This document shows positions 8,157 to 16,228 of a DNA stretch of 21,049 nucleotides, piece by piece. Source of the DNA: Bugula neritina (lineage: Eukaryota > Animalia > Bryozoa); NCBI GenBank assembly GCA_964035545.1, contig CAXIUT010000203.1, positions 1 to 21,049 on the forward strand, in the 5' to 3' direction. A model generated the notes under the pieces. That model saw only the letters and a program-made list of their open reading frames with translations, had not been told where the DNA came from and made no database searches. The first letter of the stretch is position 1; the number at the start of each line of letters is the position of its first letter. A program made the position numbers and the translations under genes.

Positions 8157-8162
8157 GGCTGC

Positions 8163-8564
8163 TCACAGCTCAACATCCTTCAACGATTTCGCAATCAACG
8201 GAAACTCAGCAACAATCTTCTTATCCATCGTAAACAGCTTAACCCCAAGACTCATAGCCAAAGCAACATACTCACAATCATAAGCAGAACAATTACTCTG
8301 ATTCACAAGCGATAGAATACTCAAAGACTTAACATCATATTCATTACCAGCCATCAGCGTTTCAGCCTCATCCTGAATTTGCAACGCCTTCTCATAAGTA
8401 ATAAGCCCTTTCCGCAGATACAAAGCCAAAACATTCCTGAATTCACTACGCCAAAGATAAGGCGCAACCCACACAGATTCTTCTTCAAGTAGCTTCTCAG
8501 CTTGTGGGGTGTACCTGGTCGGCAGGTATAAATAAACCAGTACATTCGTATCGACAACAATCAT
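8163..8564 (-). CDS. vapC: VapC/PIN-domain toxin
   Basis: MIVVDTNVL, SEFRNVL, SAYDCEYVALA and LFTMD supply the PIN acidic residues. 133 aa, overlapping the upstream antitoxin by 4 nt. Confidence 0.93.
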   Translation of the reverse strand: MIVVDTNVLVYLYLPTRYTPQAEKLLEEESVWVAPYLWRSEFRNVLALYLRKGLITYEKALQIQDEAETLMAGNEYDVKSLSILSLVNQSNCSAYDCEYVALAMSLGVKLFTMDKKIVAEFPLIAKSLKDVEL

Positions 8565-8803
8565 GCTCTGCCTTCATTGATAGCATCTTGAATATCATCA
8601 ATATCAATCAAACTGGCATCAATGTCATTACGTAGCTCTCTGGCGCGTTGTAAGTGTTCTGATGGCGTCACTCGCTTAGGCAGGAGCATCTGCTCAAGGC
8701 AATGAATCAGCTCACTGTTTATACTTCTACGGTGGGCAGAAGCCGCCTCCTTAAGCCTGCTGTAAAGTGGATCAGGTATGTTTTTAACGGTAATCGCTGC
8801 CAT
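8561..8803 (-). CDS. FitA/Arc-like ribbon-helix-helix antitoxin
   Basis: MAAITVKNIPDPLYSRLKEAASAHRRSINSELIHCLE is a typical RHH antitoxin N-terminus. It lies immediately upstream of the PIN toxin. Confidence 0.9.
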   Translation of the reverse strand: MAAITVKNIPDPLYSRLKEAASAHRRSINSELIHCLEQMLLPKRVTPSEHLQRARELRNDIDASLIDIDDIQDAINEGRA

Positions 8804-8833
8804 AGATAACCTCTGGAATATTAAACAGGTTTC

Positions 8834-8862
8834 ATTATGGTTGCAAAATGCAATACAATCAA
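8834..8862 (-). promoter_or_regulatory. Sigma70 promoter of the TA operon with palindromic operator
   Basis: Minus strand TTGATT (8862-8857), 17 nt, CATAAT (8839-8834). The inverted repeat TTGCA-aaa-TGCAA (8841-8853) sits in the spacer. Confidence 0.65.
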
Positions 8863-8881
8863 GTCAATAAGGAGGCGGCTC

Positions 8882-9220
8882 ATGACACTTCAATCTTTTG
8901 GTCGCGCAACACCCACTCAAATGGATATGCTTGCACTTGTCGGGTATGAATTTACGCAGAGGGATATGGAGCCTGCCACAACGCCGGAGGCGCGTAGGCG
9001 TACAATGAGGTTAGGCCGTGATAATCTCCGGAAAGCGACGGAAGTAGACTTTGGGTATGATGTTGCTGCCTGGCGGGAACTTCTGATCGAATTTAGTGAT
9101 GAGTTTGGGTATACGCATCCATATGCGTTTAACGGCGTTGATAGTGCGGTTCAGGCCGCAATGGATGACTCCGGGGTGATTGCGGCACTTGAATGGCTTG
9201 CGACAGACTTAGCTTCCTGA
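8882..9220 (+). CDS. Hypothetical protein (112 aa)
   Basis: ORF 8837-9220. A strong AGGAGG RBS (8870-8875) favours ATG 8882. No recognisable motif. Confidence 0.7.
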   Translation: MTLQSFGRATPTQMDMLALVGYEFTQRDMEPATTPEARRRTMRLGRDNLRKATEVDFGYDVAAWRELLIEFSDEFGYTHPYAFNGVDSAVQAAMDDSGVIAALEWLATDLAS

Positions 9221-9263
9221 GAAACGGAGTTGTCTGTTTAGCATATGGGATAGGTGATTTGTT

Positions 9264-10274
9264 TTGGTTGAGAATTACTCGATAGCAGATGCAGCAGAAG
9301 TAGGTTCTCTCGGTGTGCCTCACCTAAAAAGACTCTGGTCGGCGGCGATGGCAAGACGGCATGGAAGGGCCATTGACCGGCCCAATGAACAACACCGGGA
9401 TCAGACCGTTCTCAATGCGCTGGGTCTGGGCTTACATCAGACGATGCAGTTTTTATTCATGTCAGCGCCATCCTTCCCTGAATTCGAAGACTGGATTGTT
9501 GCCACCGCCGGGCAGCCTGATCCACTCAATGTGGAGCGTTTGCAGACAACAGTGAATGGCCAGTCGTATTCACCCCGCGTCGTCGATCGGTTGAGTGAAA
9601 TCGATAATATGCCTGCCGTTTTATCCGATCAGGATATTGAATTTTGGGATGAATATGGTTTTGTGGTGCTTAAGGATGCAGTTGCGGCGAATGACCGGTT
9701 TAATGCGGAGGCGGCGATATGGCGTTATCTTGGTGCGGAGCCGGATGCGCCGGAATCGTGGTATCGATGTCAGGGTGCTGATGGCATTATGGTGGAGCTG
9801 ATCCAGAACGCTGAATTGGAGGCGAATCGCCGCTCCAAATGGATTCACAAAGCGTTCGCTCAGCTTTGGGGAGCAGCCGATCTTTGGGTCAGCGCGGATC
9901 GTTGTGGTTTCCACCCACCACAACGCGAGGATTATCCATTTCCCGGGCCGGATCTACACTGGGATATAAATTTTTCACAGCCACTCACTTTTGGCACTCA
10001 GGGCATTTTGTATCTCACAGATACCCCGCCGGAACAGGGAGCATTGACGCTTGTCCCCGGTTTCCACAAAAAATTACCGGAGTGGCTCTCCCAATTACCC
10101 GCCGATACTGATCCACAACAACAAAATCTGCATGAACTTGGGGCTGAGCCGATTGGTGCTAACGCTGGCGACATGGTGATTTGGCATCGGTTTCTCCCGC
10201 ATGGGAGTCGGCCTAACCTTGGTGAAAACCCGCGCATTGTCCAGTATATTAACCTGTCACCCAGCGGGTTTTGA
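9264..10274 (+). CDS. Phytanoyl-CoA dioxygenase (PhyH) family 2OG-Fe(II) oxygenase with N-terminal extension
   Basis: FWDEYGFVVLK, HWD (HxD), QGILYLTDT, LVPGFH, AGDMVIWH..LPHGS..N...PR give the HxD...H triad and 2OG-binding Arg. Confidence 0.88.
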   Translation: MVENYSIADAAEVGSLGVPHLKRLWSAAMARRHGRAIDRPNEQHRDQTVLNALGLGLHQTMQFLFMSAPSFPEFEDWIVATAGQPDPLNVERLQTTVNGQSYSPRVVDRLSEIDNMPAVLSDQDIEFWDEYGFVVLKDAVAANDRFNAEAAIWRYLGAEPDAPESWYRCQGADGIMVELIQNAELEANRRSKWIHKAFAQLWGAADLWVSADRCGFHPPQREDYPFPGPDLHWDINFSQPLTFGTQGILYLTDTPPEQGALTLVPGFHKKLPEWLSQLPADTDPQQQNLHELGAEPIGANAGDMVIWHRFLPHGSRPNLGENPRIVQYINLSPSGF

Positions 10275-10308
10275 ACAGCTACGTGGATATTCGGATTCAA
10301 AAGCAGTT

Positions 10309-11927
10309 CTCGACAGTCATAAGTTAGTTCGCACGCCGAAGCGCACCATCTTCATTATACCAGTGATTACGACCCGCTTATGTGCTTGATTGAAGGTATT
10401 TTAGCCGGATACATACTCGTCAGGCTCTTCATCCCCCTGCAGCGCCTTCCGAATTTTCCCCCACATCGTATTTTGGCTAGTCTGCAATAAATGGCGTGCC
10501 AATAATGGCGCTAAAATTTGCCGAACAGTGTTTTCTGACGGCAATTCTCTGGAACGCGTGCGTAAATACAGGATTTGCTGTTTCCACAGCCCCTGATGAT
10601 AGCGTAGCGAAAACAGTTGCAATAATCCGGTAGCCACACTGGCACAGAATACAAACGTTTCCATAGCACGCCAACAGGCGACGACTTTCTCAACATGTTG
10701 AGGTTGAGGGTGTTTAATCTTCTTGTTCGATTTTGGTTGGCGGGAATGGCGTGGCAGATAACGCGTCCAGAAATGAAAACGAAAAGCGCCCAGTTTGTTT
10801 TTCAATACATCAAATAGTATTTCAATTCTGACCCGGCGACAGTAGAGCATCAGCACCTGTTCGGGTGGGGCGGTTAAGTCAGAACACATCAGTACGATAG
10901 GGCCTCGCGAGGTGATGGCCCAGACAAACTGGAGGTAATCACCCAGCGGTCGCCACAATAAACAGGCGGCCATCAGCTGAACGGTTTCCTGCTGACCATA
11001 AACCGTCATGTCTACCTCATGAAACAGGTCGGGATGATCAAAAGCCTCCCAAACGGTCATTTTATCACCGTACTTTCGTGTTCGACCCCGCTGCCCGGGC
11101 CGTCGGGGTGGCGGTGGAAAAAAGGCCACATAGTTCTTTTTTGCCCGTGCGACGACATGGAGATAGGGCTGTTTCAATGCCACGGAGTATACGGAACGGG
11201 CCAGCTTAAAGACGGTGCTCACCGCGAAGAACGCATCGACCACCAGCCAGGCCGGTTTGTCATGAGCGACGGCAACATTCAGGGCCATTCTCACTGGCCT
11301 TTCAGCCATTGAGTCATCCGGATCGTTAATCCCTATATGCTGAAAGCCCTGATGGATTTGCAGGGTAAGCGGGAGACAAAAACAAGCGGGCAATGACCCG
11401 ACCAGTACACCGATGGCACCCCAACATTGACCACGAAAATAGCTCGGTTTACTTTGAGTCTCAGAGGTTTCCCGGCGAGAGACTACACCGGGCATTCGAC
11501 CACCGTCCTTCACCACATCGGTATGATCAGCCAGCATTACCGGACGACCCAGTACCTCTACCAGAGTAACCCGGCTGAAAACATAGCGGTGCCAACAATG
11601 CCGTAGCGAATCCAGGTCATAAGACCCGGCACGAAAAAAAATGGAGCAACCGATGGTAGCCCTGTTCATTTGATAACCAGTAACGACACATCGACGTTAC
11701 GCCTATCATCTCTGTCGCGGCCAGAAAGCTAAGAATGATGGCGCAGAACAATAACCAGCTACGTTCGCGAGAAAATTCGCTTCTAAAATTGGTGAGGGCG
11801 TGGTATAGATCGGGAAGCATGGAATTCCTTAGGTTCGTGTGTTTAGTCGCCACTGACTGTAAGGGATTCCATGCTTCTCTGCTGGAAATTATGGTTAAAC
11901 GACACGACAGAACTTATGACTGTCGAG
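10309..11927 (-). mobile_element. Insertion sequence (IS701/IS4-like DDE), 1619 bp
   Basis: Perfect 17-bp TIRs CTCGACAGTCATAAGTT (10309-10325) and AACTTATGACTGTCGAG (11911-11927). 7-bp direct repeat AGCAGTT at 10302-10308 and 11928-11934. Confidence 0.93.
10401..11820 (-). CDS. DDE transposase (IS701/IS4-like), frameshifted at a T8 run (11634-11641)
   Basis: The N-terminal ORF MLPDLYHAL...YHRLLHFF joins FFRAGSYDL... if one T is removed. Motifs ADHTDVVKDG..MPGV, VVDAFF and YCRRVRIEILF (YREK-like). Family assignment is from memory of motifs only. Confidence 0.82.
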
Positions 11928-11969
11928 AGCAGTTGGATGCTGATTATTCCAAAGGAAGAGGCGAATTAG

Positions 11970-13001
11970 ATGCGATCAAGTAAAGTCATCCATATGGTGT
12001 CCTGCCATGCTGAAGGCGAAGTCGGCAATGTCATTGTTGGCGGAGTGGCTCCACCGCCGGGCGAGACCTTATGGGAGCAGTCCCGCTGGATCGCACAAGA
12101 TAATACGCTGCGTCAGTTTGTGCTGAATGAGCCGCGTGGCGGGGTGTTTAAGCACATTAATTTGCTGGTGCCACCGAAAAACAAGGAAGCTGCATTTGGC
12201 TGGATTATTATGGAGCCGGAACACACGCCGCCCATGTCCGGTTCTAATTCCATGTGTGTATCAACGGTGTTGCTGGATACCGGGTTGATTGCAATGCAGG
12301 AGCCAGTGACCGAATTTGCGCTGGAGGCACCGGGTGGTGTTGTGCAGGTCAGGGCGCATTGTGCAGATGGCAAAGCACAAAGTATTGAAGTGCAGAACGT
12401 ACCTTCATTTGCACACCGGCTTGATGCCCCGCTGGAAGTTGAAGGTATTGGTACGCTGATGGTGGATACGGCTTATGGTGGCGATAGTTTTGTGATCGTG
12501 GATGCGCGGGCGCTGGGGTTTGAAATTGTGCCGGATGAAGCGCGGGAGCTGACCGAAGTTGGGGTGAAAATCACGGCGGCGGCGAATGAGCAGCTGGGTT
12601 TTACGCATCCGGCGAATCCGGACTGGGATTTTATTTCTTTCTGTCAGTTTGCAATGCCGGTGACGCAGGAGTCCGGTGTGTTGACCGGTCGCAATACGGT
12701 GGTCATTGATCCCGGTAAGCTGGATCGCTCGCCCTGCGGTACGGGTTGTTCGGCACGGATGGCGGTGTTGCATGCTAAGGGCGAAATGCAGGTGGGTGAC
12801 CAGTTTATTGGGCGCTCGATTATTGATTCGCGCTTTGATTGCTCGATTGCGGCGACTACCAATATTGGCGCAGTGCAGGGCATTGTGCCGACGATTCGTG
12901 GTCGGGCGTGGATTACGGGGACGCATCAGCTGATGTGTGATCCGGACGACCCGTGGCCCTTGGGGTACCGGTTGACAGATACCTGGCCTGCGATGCTCTG
13001 A
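11970..13001 (+). CDS. Proline racemase superfamily enzyme (trans-3-hydroxy-L-proline dehydratase-like)
   Basis: [23 protein letters not shown] and DRSPCGTG motifs. The catalytic pair is Ser/Cys. Confidence 0.9.
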   Translation: MRSSKVIHMVSCHAEGEVGNVIVGGVAPPPGETLWEQSRWIAQDNTLRQFVLNEPRGGVFKHINLLVPPKNKEAAFGWIIMEPEHTPPMSGSNSMCVSTVLLDTGLIAMQEPVTEFALEAPGGVVQVRAHCADGKAQSIEVQNVPSFAHRLDAPLEVEGIGTLMVDTAYGGDSFVIVDARALGFEIVPDEARELTEVGVKITAAANEQLGFTHPANPDWDFISFCQFAMPVTQESGVLTGRNTVVIDPGKLDRSPCGTGCSARMAVLHAKGEMQVGDQFIGRSIIDSRFDCSIAATTNIGAVQGIVPTIRGRAWITGTHQLMCDPDDPWPLGYRLTDTWPAML

Positions 13002-13016
13002 AAGTATGTTCCCGTT

Positions 13017-13036
13017 CCCTGAGCGGAGTCGAAGGG
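13017..13036. repeat. Single REP-like imperfect palindrome between convergent genes
   Basis: CCCTGAGCGGAGTCGAAGGG abuts the RT stop codon. It resembles the CCCTGAGC..GTCGAAGGG type of dispersed repeat I recall from other bacteria. Confidence 0.5.
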
Positions 13037-14311
13037 CTATCCCAGTTTCCGCAACATCTCCATCCCCAGCTCACGCTCCGTCATCGCTATATAAGCCGCA
13101 TAGCCCCGCAGGCGCTGTAAACTCTCGCCTTCGGGTAATGGCTTGCCCTGATTCAGGTTATGAATCGCTGCCCGCATCTGACGTTTTAGCTTACGGCTCA
13201 CCCGTGGCCCGTGCTGCTCATTGACGATTAGGCCGGTAACGTTTTGGGTGCTGCCCTGGCGAATGATGCGGGTCTTTTTGGTGTTCACCTGAAAACCCTC
13301 ATCGCGCACAATAGTCTGCACACTGCCGAGTAGCTGACTAATTGCCGGTTCGCCTTTGCTTTTGACTGGTAAGCTGAAGGTTAAGTCATCCGCATAACGT
13401 GTATAACGCCAGCCCAGTTTATTTGCCAACCCACTCAGTCGCCGATCCAGTTTCAGGCACAGCGCATTGGTCAGTGCCGGACTGGTCGGTGCGCCCTGTG
13501 GCAGACAACGATCACCCAGCGCAATAAAATAAGTTTGCCCATTATTTTCTACCACCTCACGCGGCGATTCAGTGCAAAGCAGTGCCAGTAATGTGGCAAT
13601 TTGCTCGCCATAACCCGCTTTGCGAAATACACCGCGCACCCGTTTCCAGCTCACCGTCGGGAAGAAGTCAGCAATATCCATCTTCACTAAAACACGGCTA
13701 GCGCTATGTTGCGCAGCATTCGTGGCAGTAGAGCGCCCGGCGAGAAAGCCGTGAGCGGCACCATGTACTAACAGACGCTCCAGGATATTATCCAGAATCC
13801 AGCGTTGCGCCTGTTTCAGCTGTGGGCGTGGTGCCCAGATAGCACGACTGCCGCCGGAACGTTTGGGAATCTCAAAGCGGGCATAATGCGTTTTGGTGGC
13901 AGCCTCACGCTGATAACACAGGTGACGCAGTTCGGCGACGGATAGCGCCAGCGCCTTGGCCAATTGAGAAGCTTTGCTCATCACCGGTAGATGATTTTCC
14001 AACAGGCGTTTCTCCGCATCCTGTAAGTCCCACTGGTCGCCCGCCATTTCATCGTGCCAGTAAATACCTTCGCCAAGGTGAACGATGTGCGTCGCTTTAT
14101 ACGCCTGCCATGCTTCCTGTTTGATCTTACGCTTTTCCGCCGCCTCTTTTTTCAGCTCGGCCTTATAACGTTTGAGTGCGGAAGCTGACATTTTGTCTGT
14201 TGCTTTACGCTCGACCATAAAGCCACGTTCTTTGAGCTGTTGGTTAACGTACCGATTAATGCCACCGGCCTGTTCAATAGCTTCCCAGCGTTTCTGCCAT
14301 GTCATTGTCAT
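13037..14311 (-). CDS. Retron-type reverse transcriptase (Mx162-like, type XIII) with N-terminal extension
   Basis: IPKRSG, AHGF, region X NAAQH, DIADFFPT, LPQGAPTSP, YTRYADDLTFS and region Y VTG (QNVTGLIVN). The N-terminus W.AI..AGG...KATHIVHLGEG resembles myxobacterial retron RTs. Likely start is ATG 14311 or 14305, after AAAGGA. Confidence 0.93.
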   Translation of the reverse strand: MTMTWQKRWEAIEQAGGINRYVNQQLKERGFMVERKATDKMSASALKRYKAELKKEAAEKRKIKQEAWQAYKATHIVHLGEGIYWHDEMAGDQWDLQDAEKRLLENHLPVMSKASQLAKALALSVAELRHLCYQREAATKTHYARFEIPKRSGGSRAIWAPRPQLKQAQRWILDNILERLLVHGAAHGFLAGRSTATNAAQHSASRVLVKMDIADFFPTVSWKRVRGVFRKAGYGEQIATLLALLCTESPREVVENNGQTYFIALGDRCLPQGAPTSPALTNALCLKLDRRLSGLANKLGWRYTRYADDLTFSLPVKSKGEPAISQLLGSVQTIVRDEGFQVNTKKTRIIRQGSTQNVTGLIVNEQHGPRVSRKLKRQMRAAIHNLNQGKPLPEGESLQRLRGYAAYIAMTERELGMEMLRKLG

Positions 14312-14347
14312 GATTGTAATATTGTCCTTTAGCTGTCTGAGAACCAA

Positions 14348-16228
14348 TTAAGCGGTGGTGTCCATAAAGCCGCTGTTTTCCAGCTGCTGAATTTTGGCGA
14401 GGTAAGCGCTACGCGCCTCAGCGATGGAGTTGAATGCGAACTGCTGTTGGCGCGGTCGCTGTGCCTTTTCCCATTCCATTACCAAACGCTGCTGATTGAG
14501 CGTGAGGCGATACTGTTCTTCACGTGTCTGGCGGCGGCGCGAATAGGTGCGGGTTTCCTGGGTGATTTGGCTGGCTGTGCGCCCGGCCTGTTGCTCGGTA
14601 TAGGCTAAACGTAGCGCAATGAGATGGCTGCACGGGCCATGACTCAGGCCATGTTTCATAATCTGGTGGCAACTACATTCCGCTTTGGCGACATGGCCTT
14701 CTTCATTCAGGCGCAGGCGAGCCAGATAAGTGCGGCGGTCTTCTTTGACTTTGATCTCAGCGCTGATTTCCACGCCTTCGCCGTGAATCATGCGGGTTTC
14801 CAGTTTCCCCAATGCCTGTTGTCGTTCGATTAAATCGAAGGCCAGTTTCTCGGCGGGCTGGCGAAACTGAAACAGCGCCATGTCCAGCGGTTCCTGCGTT
14901 AACGGTCGATAGCGGTATTGCTCCGTCGCTAAGTCAAACATCAGCAATCCCTGCTGACAGGCTTGTTGCAGCGCAGCACTACAGTCTTTGCGGCTGAGCT
15001 TAGTGGCTTTGCTGATTTGTGCCAGCGTGGCCCGCTGTTCCTGTTGCACATACTTGACGACACTTTCCAGTGTATCGGCACTATCAGCGCGCCGTGGCAG
15101 CATAAGATCAAAATTCAGTGCCTGTGACCAGTTGCTGGCCGTAAAGCCGGTAATCGCCAACGTTAAGCAAATACCCTTACCGCGTAGTATCCAGAAACTC
15201 GGCATACCGTTACCCAATAACGCCACTTCAATGCTGTCGGTATAAGGTAGAAAGCGCTTGAGTAAAGCCAGCCGCCGCCGACCCCAAAGTCGAATAATCT
15301 GCGCCTGTTTACCGACATAAGCTGCTGCTGAGCTGGTGATCACGGTGTCGTCCGGCTCCAGCACCAGTAAGGGCTGTTCTCCCGGTACTAATTCAATACG
15401 CAGACCACGACGCTTGCCTTTAACATCCGCGTGCATGCGCAGATGATGTAGCGCGTTGTACAGGTCAATCGGTTTGAGCTGGAACTGTGTGCTGGGAAGC
15501 TGCGCTGAGGACTGTACCTGTAAGAAGCCACGTAACCAGCTGGTGGGAACATTGATCTGCTTTTCCAGTACATCAGCGTCTGGTAGGTCGGGCGCGGTTT
15601 CGGTTTGCAAGCTAACCGCTTCCTGTCCGACCGAAAAGCGTGTGGCCCGCTGGCTGCGAATTTGCTCAATGCCCTGCGCGAGTGCATCGCTGAAATCTAT
15701 ATTGGTAGTGCCACACTGTACCTCGCCTTCAATGTCAAAAAAGCTATGATCAAAGCTCAGCATGGCGTAGCTACCTTCGTCTTTGCTGAATACTTCGAAG
15801 CTGATTTGATCCTGCTGCACGTTAATCACCGGATCGAGAATTAGCCATGCCTGTGGGTCATTCTTTAATAACCAGTCAAAGTAGGCACACTGCGCTTTCA
15901 TTAAGCCCTGGTTCTCGCTATTACGCCGCATGCGCATAAACGCGGTGTAGGCGGTACGATCCTTCGGCACATAGCGGTAGTCGCTGCTGACGACGGCGAA
16001 TAAGGTTGCCATTGCTTCGCGAAAGGCTATCGGTTGCTGCACGCTGGCGTTAAAGCGAACGGCTTCGCGGTTGAGGTGGCTGAATAATTGCAGATGATCC
16101 TGTTGGAATTCACTGGGCTGCTGATAACGCAGGGTTAGTGCAACGGCATTTTGGGCTGTTGTTACGCCCATTGTTTCGGTCGCCGTGTTGGTATCCTGCT
16201 GTTGCGCGGGCTGGTTCTTCTGGCTCAT
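14348..16228 (-). CDS. SWIM zinc-finger protein with wHTH-like segment and degenerate C-terminal WGR-like domain (retron-associated)
   Basis: SWIM CxC-x12-CxH: AECSCHQIMKHGLSHGPCSHLIAL. wHTH-like TLAQISKATKLSRKDCSAALQQACQQGLL. C-terminal YRLTL..LVMEW...QQQFAFNS..EARSAY...L...GF. LDPV..V..D.I.FEVFSKDE block. Confidence 0.85.
   Translation of the reverse strand: MSQKNQPAQQQDTNTATETMGVTTAQNAVALTLRYQQPSEFQQDHLQLFSHLNREAVRFNASVQQPIAFREAMATLFAVVSSDYRYVPKDRTAYTAFMRMRRNSENQGLMKAQCAYFDWLLKNDPQAWLILDPVINVQQDQISFEVFSKDEGSYAMLSFDHSFFDIEGEVQCGTTNIDFSDALAQGIEQIRSQRATRFSVGQEAVSLQTETAPDLPDADVLEKQINVPTSWLRGFLQVQSSAQLPSTQFQLKPIDLYNALHHLRMHADVKGKRRGLRIELVPGEQPLLVLEPDDTVITSSAAAYVGKQAQIIRLWGRRRLALLKRFLPYTDSIEVALLGNGMPSFWILRGKGICLTLAITGFTASNWSQALNFDLMLPRRADSADTLESVVKYVQQEQRATLAQISKATKLSRKDCSAALQQACQQGLLMFDLATEQYRYRPLTQEPLDMALFQFRQPAEKLAFDLIERQQALGKLETRMIHGEGVEISAEIKVKEDRRTYLARLRLNEEGHVAKAECSCHQIMKHGLSHGPCSHLIALRLAYTEQQAGRTASQITQETRTYSRRRQTREEQYRLTLNQQRLVMEWEKAQRPRQQQFAFNSIAEARSAYLAKIQQLENSGFMDTTA

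Noticed and set aside
8076-8158. Possible second attC ending in GTTAAGG (8152-8158)
   Set aside because: No R'' box or convincing L-box pairing, and no matching CCTTAAC after the TA module.
11735-11983. 82-aa plus-strand ORF overlapping the racemase start
   Set aside because: It crosses the IS end and is antisense to the transposase 5' region, so it is a chance product of the insertion.
13037-14347. RT as group II intron, DGR or CRISPR-associated RT
   Set aside because: No maturase or endonuclease domain, no flanking intron RNA, no TR/VR pair, no cas genes or array. NAxxH and VTG point to a retron.
14312-14347. TTG start at 14347 for the RT
   Set aside because: No RBS upstream, whereas AAAGGA at 14330-14325 precedes ATG 14311/14305.
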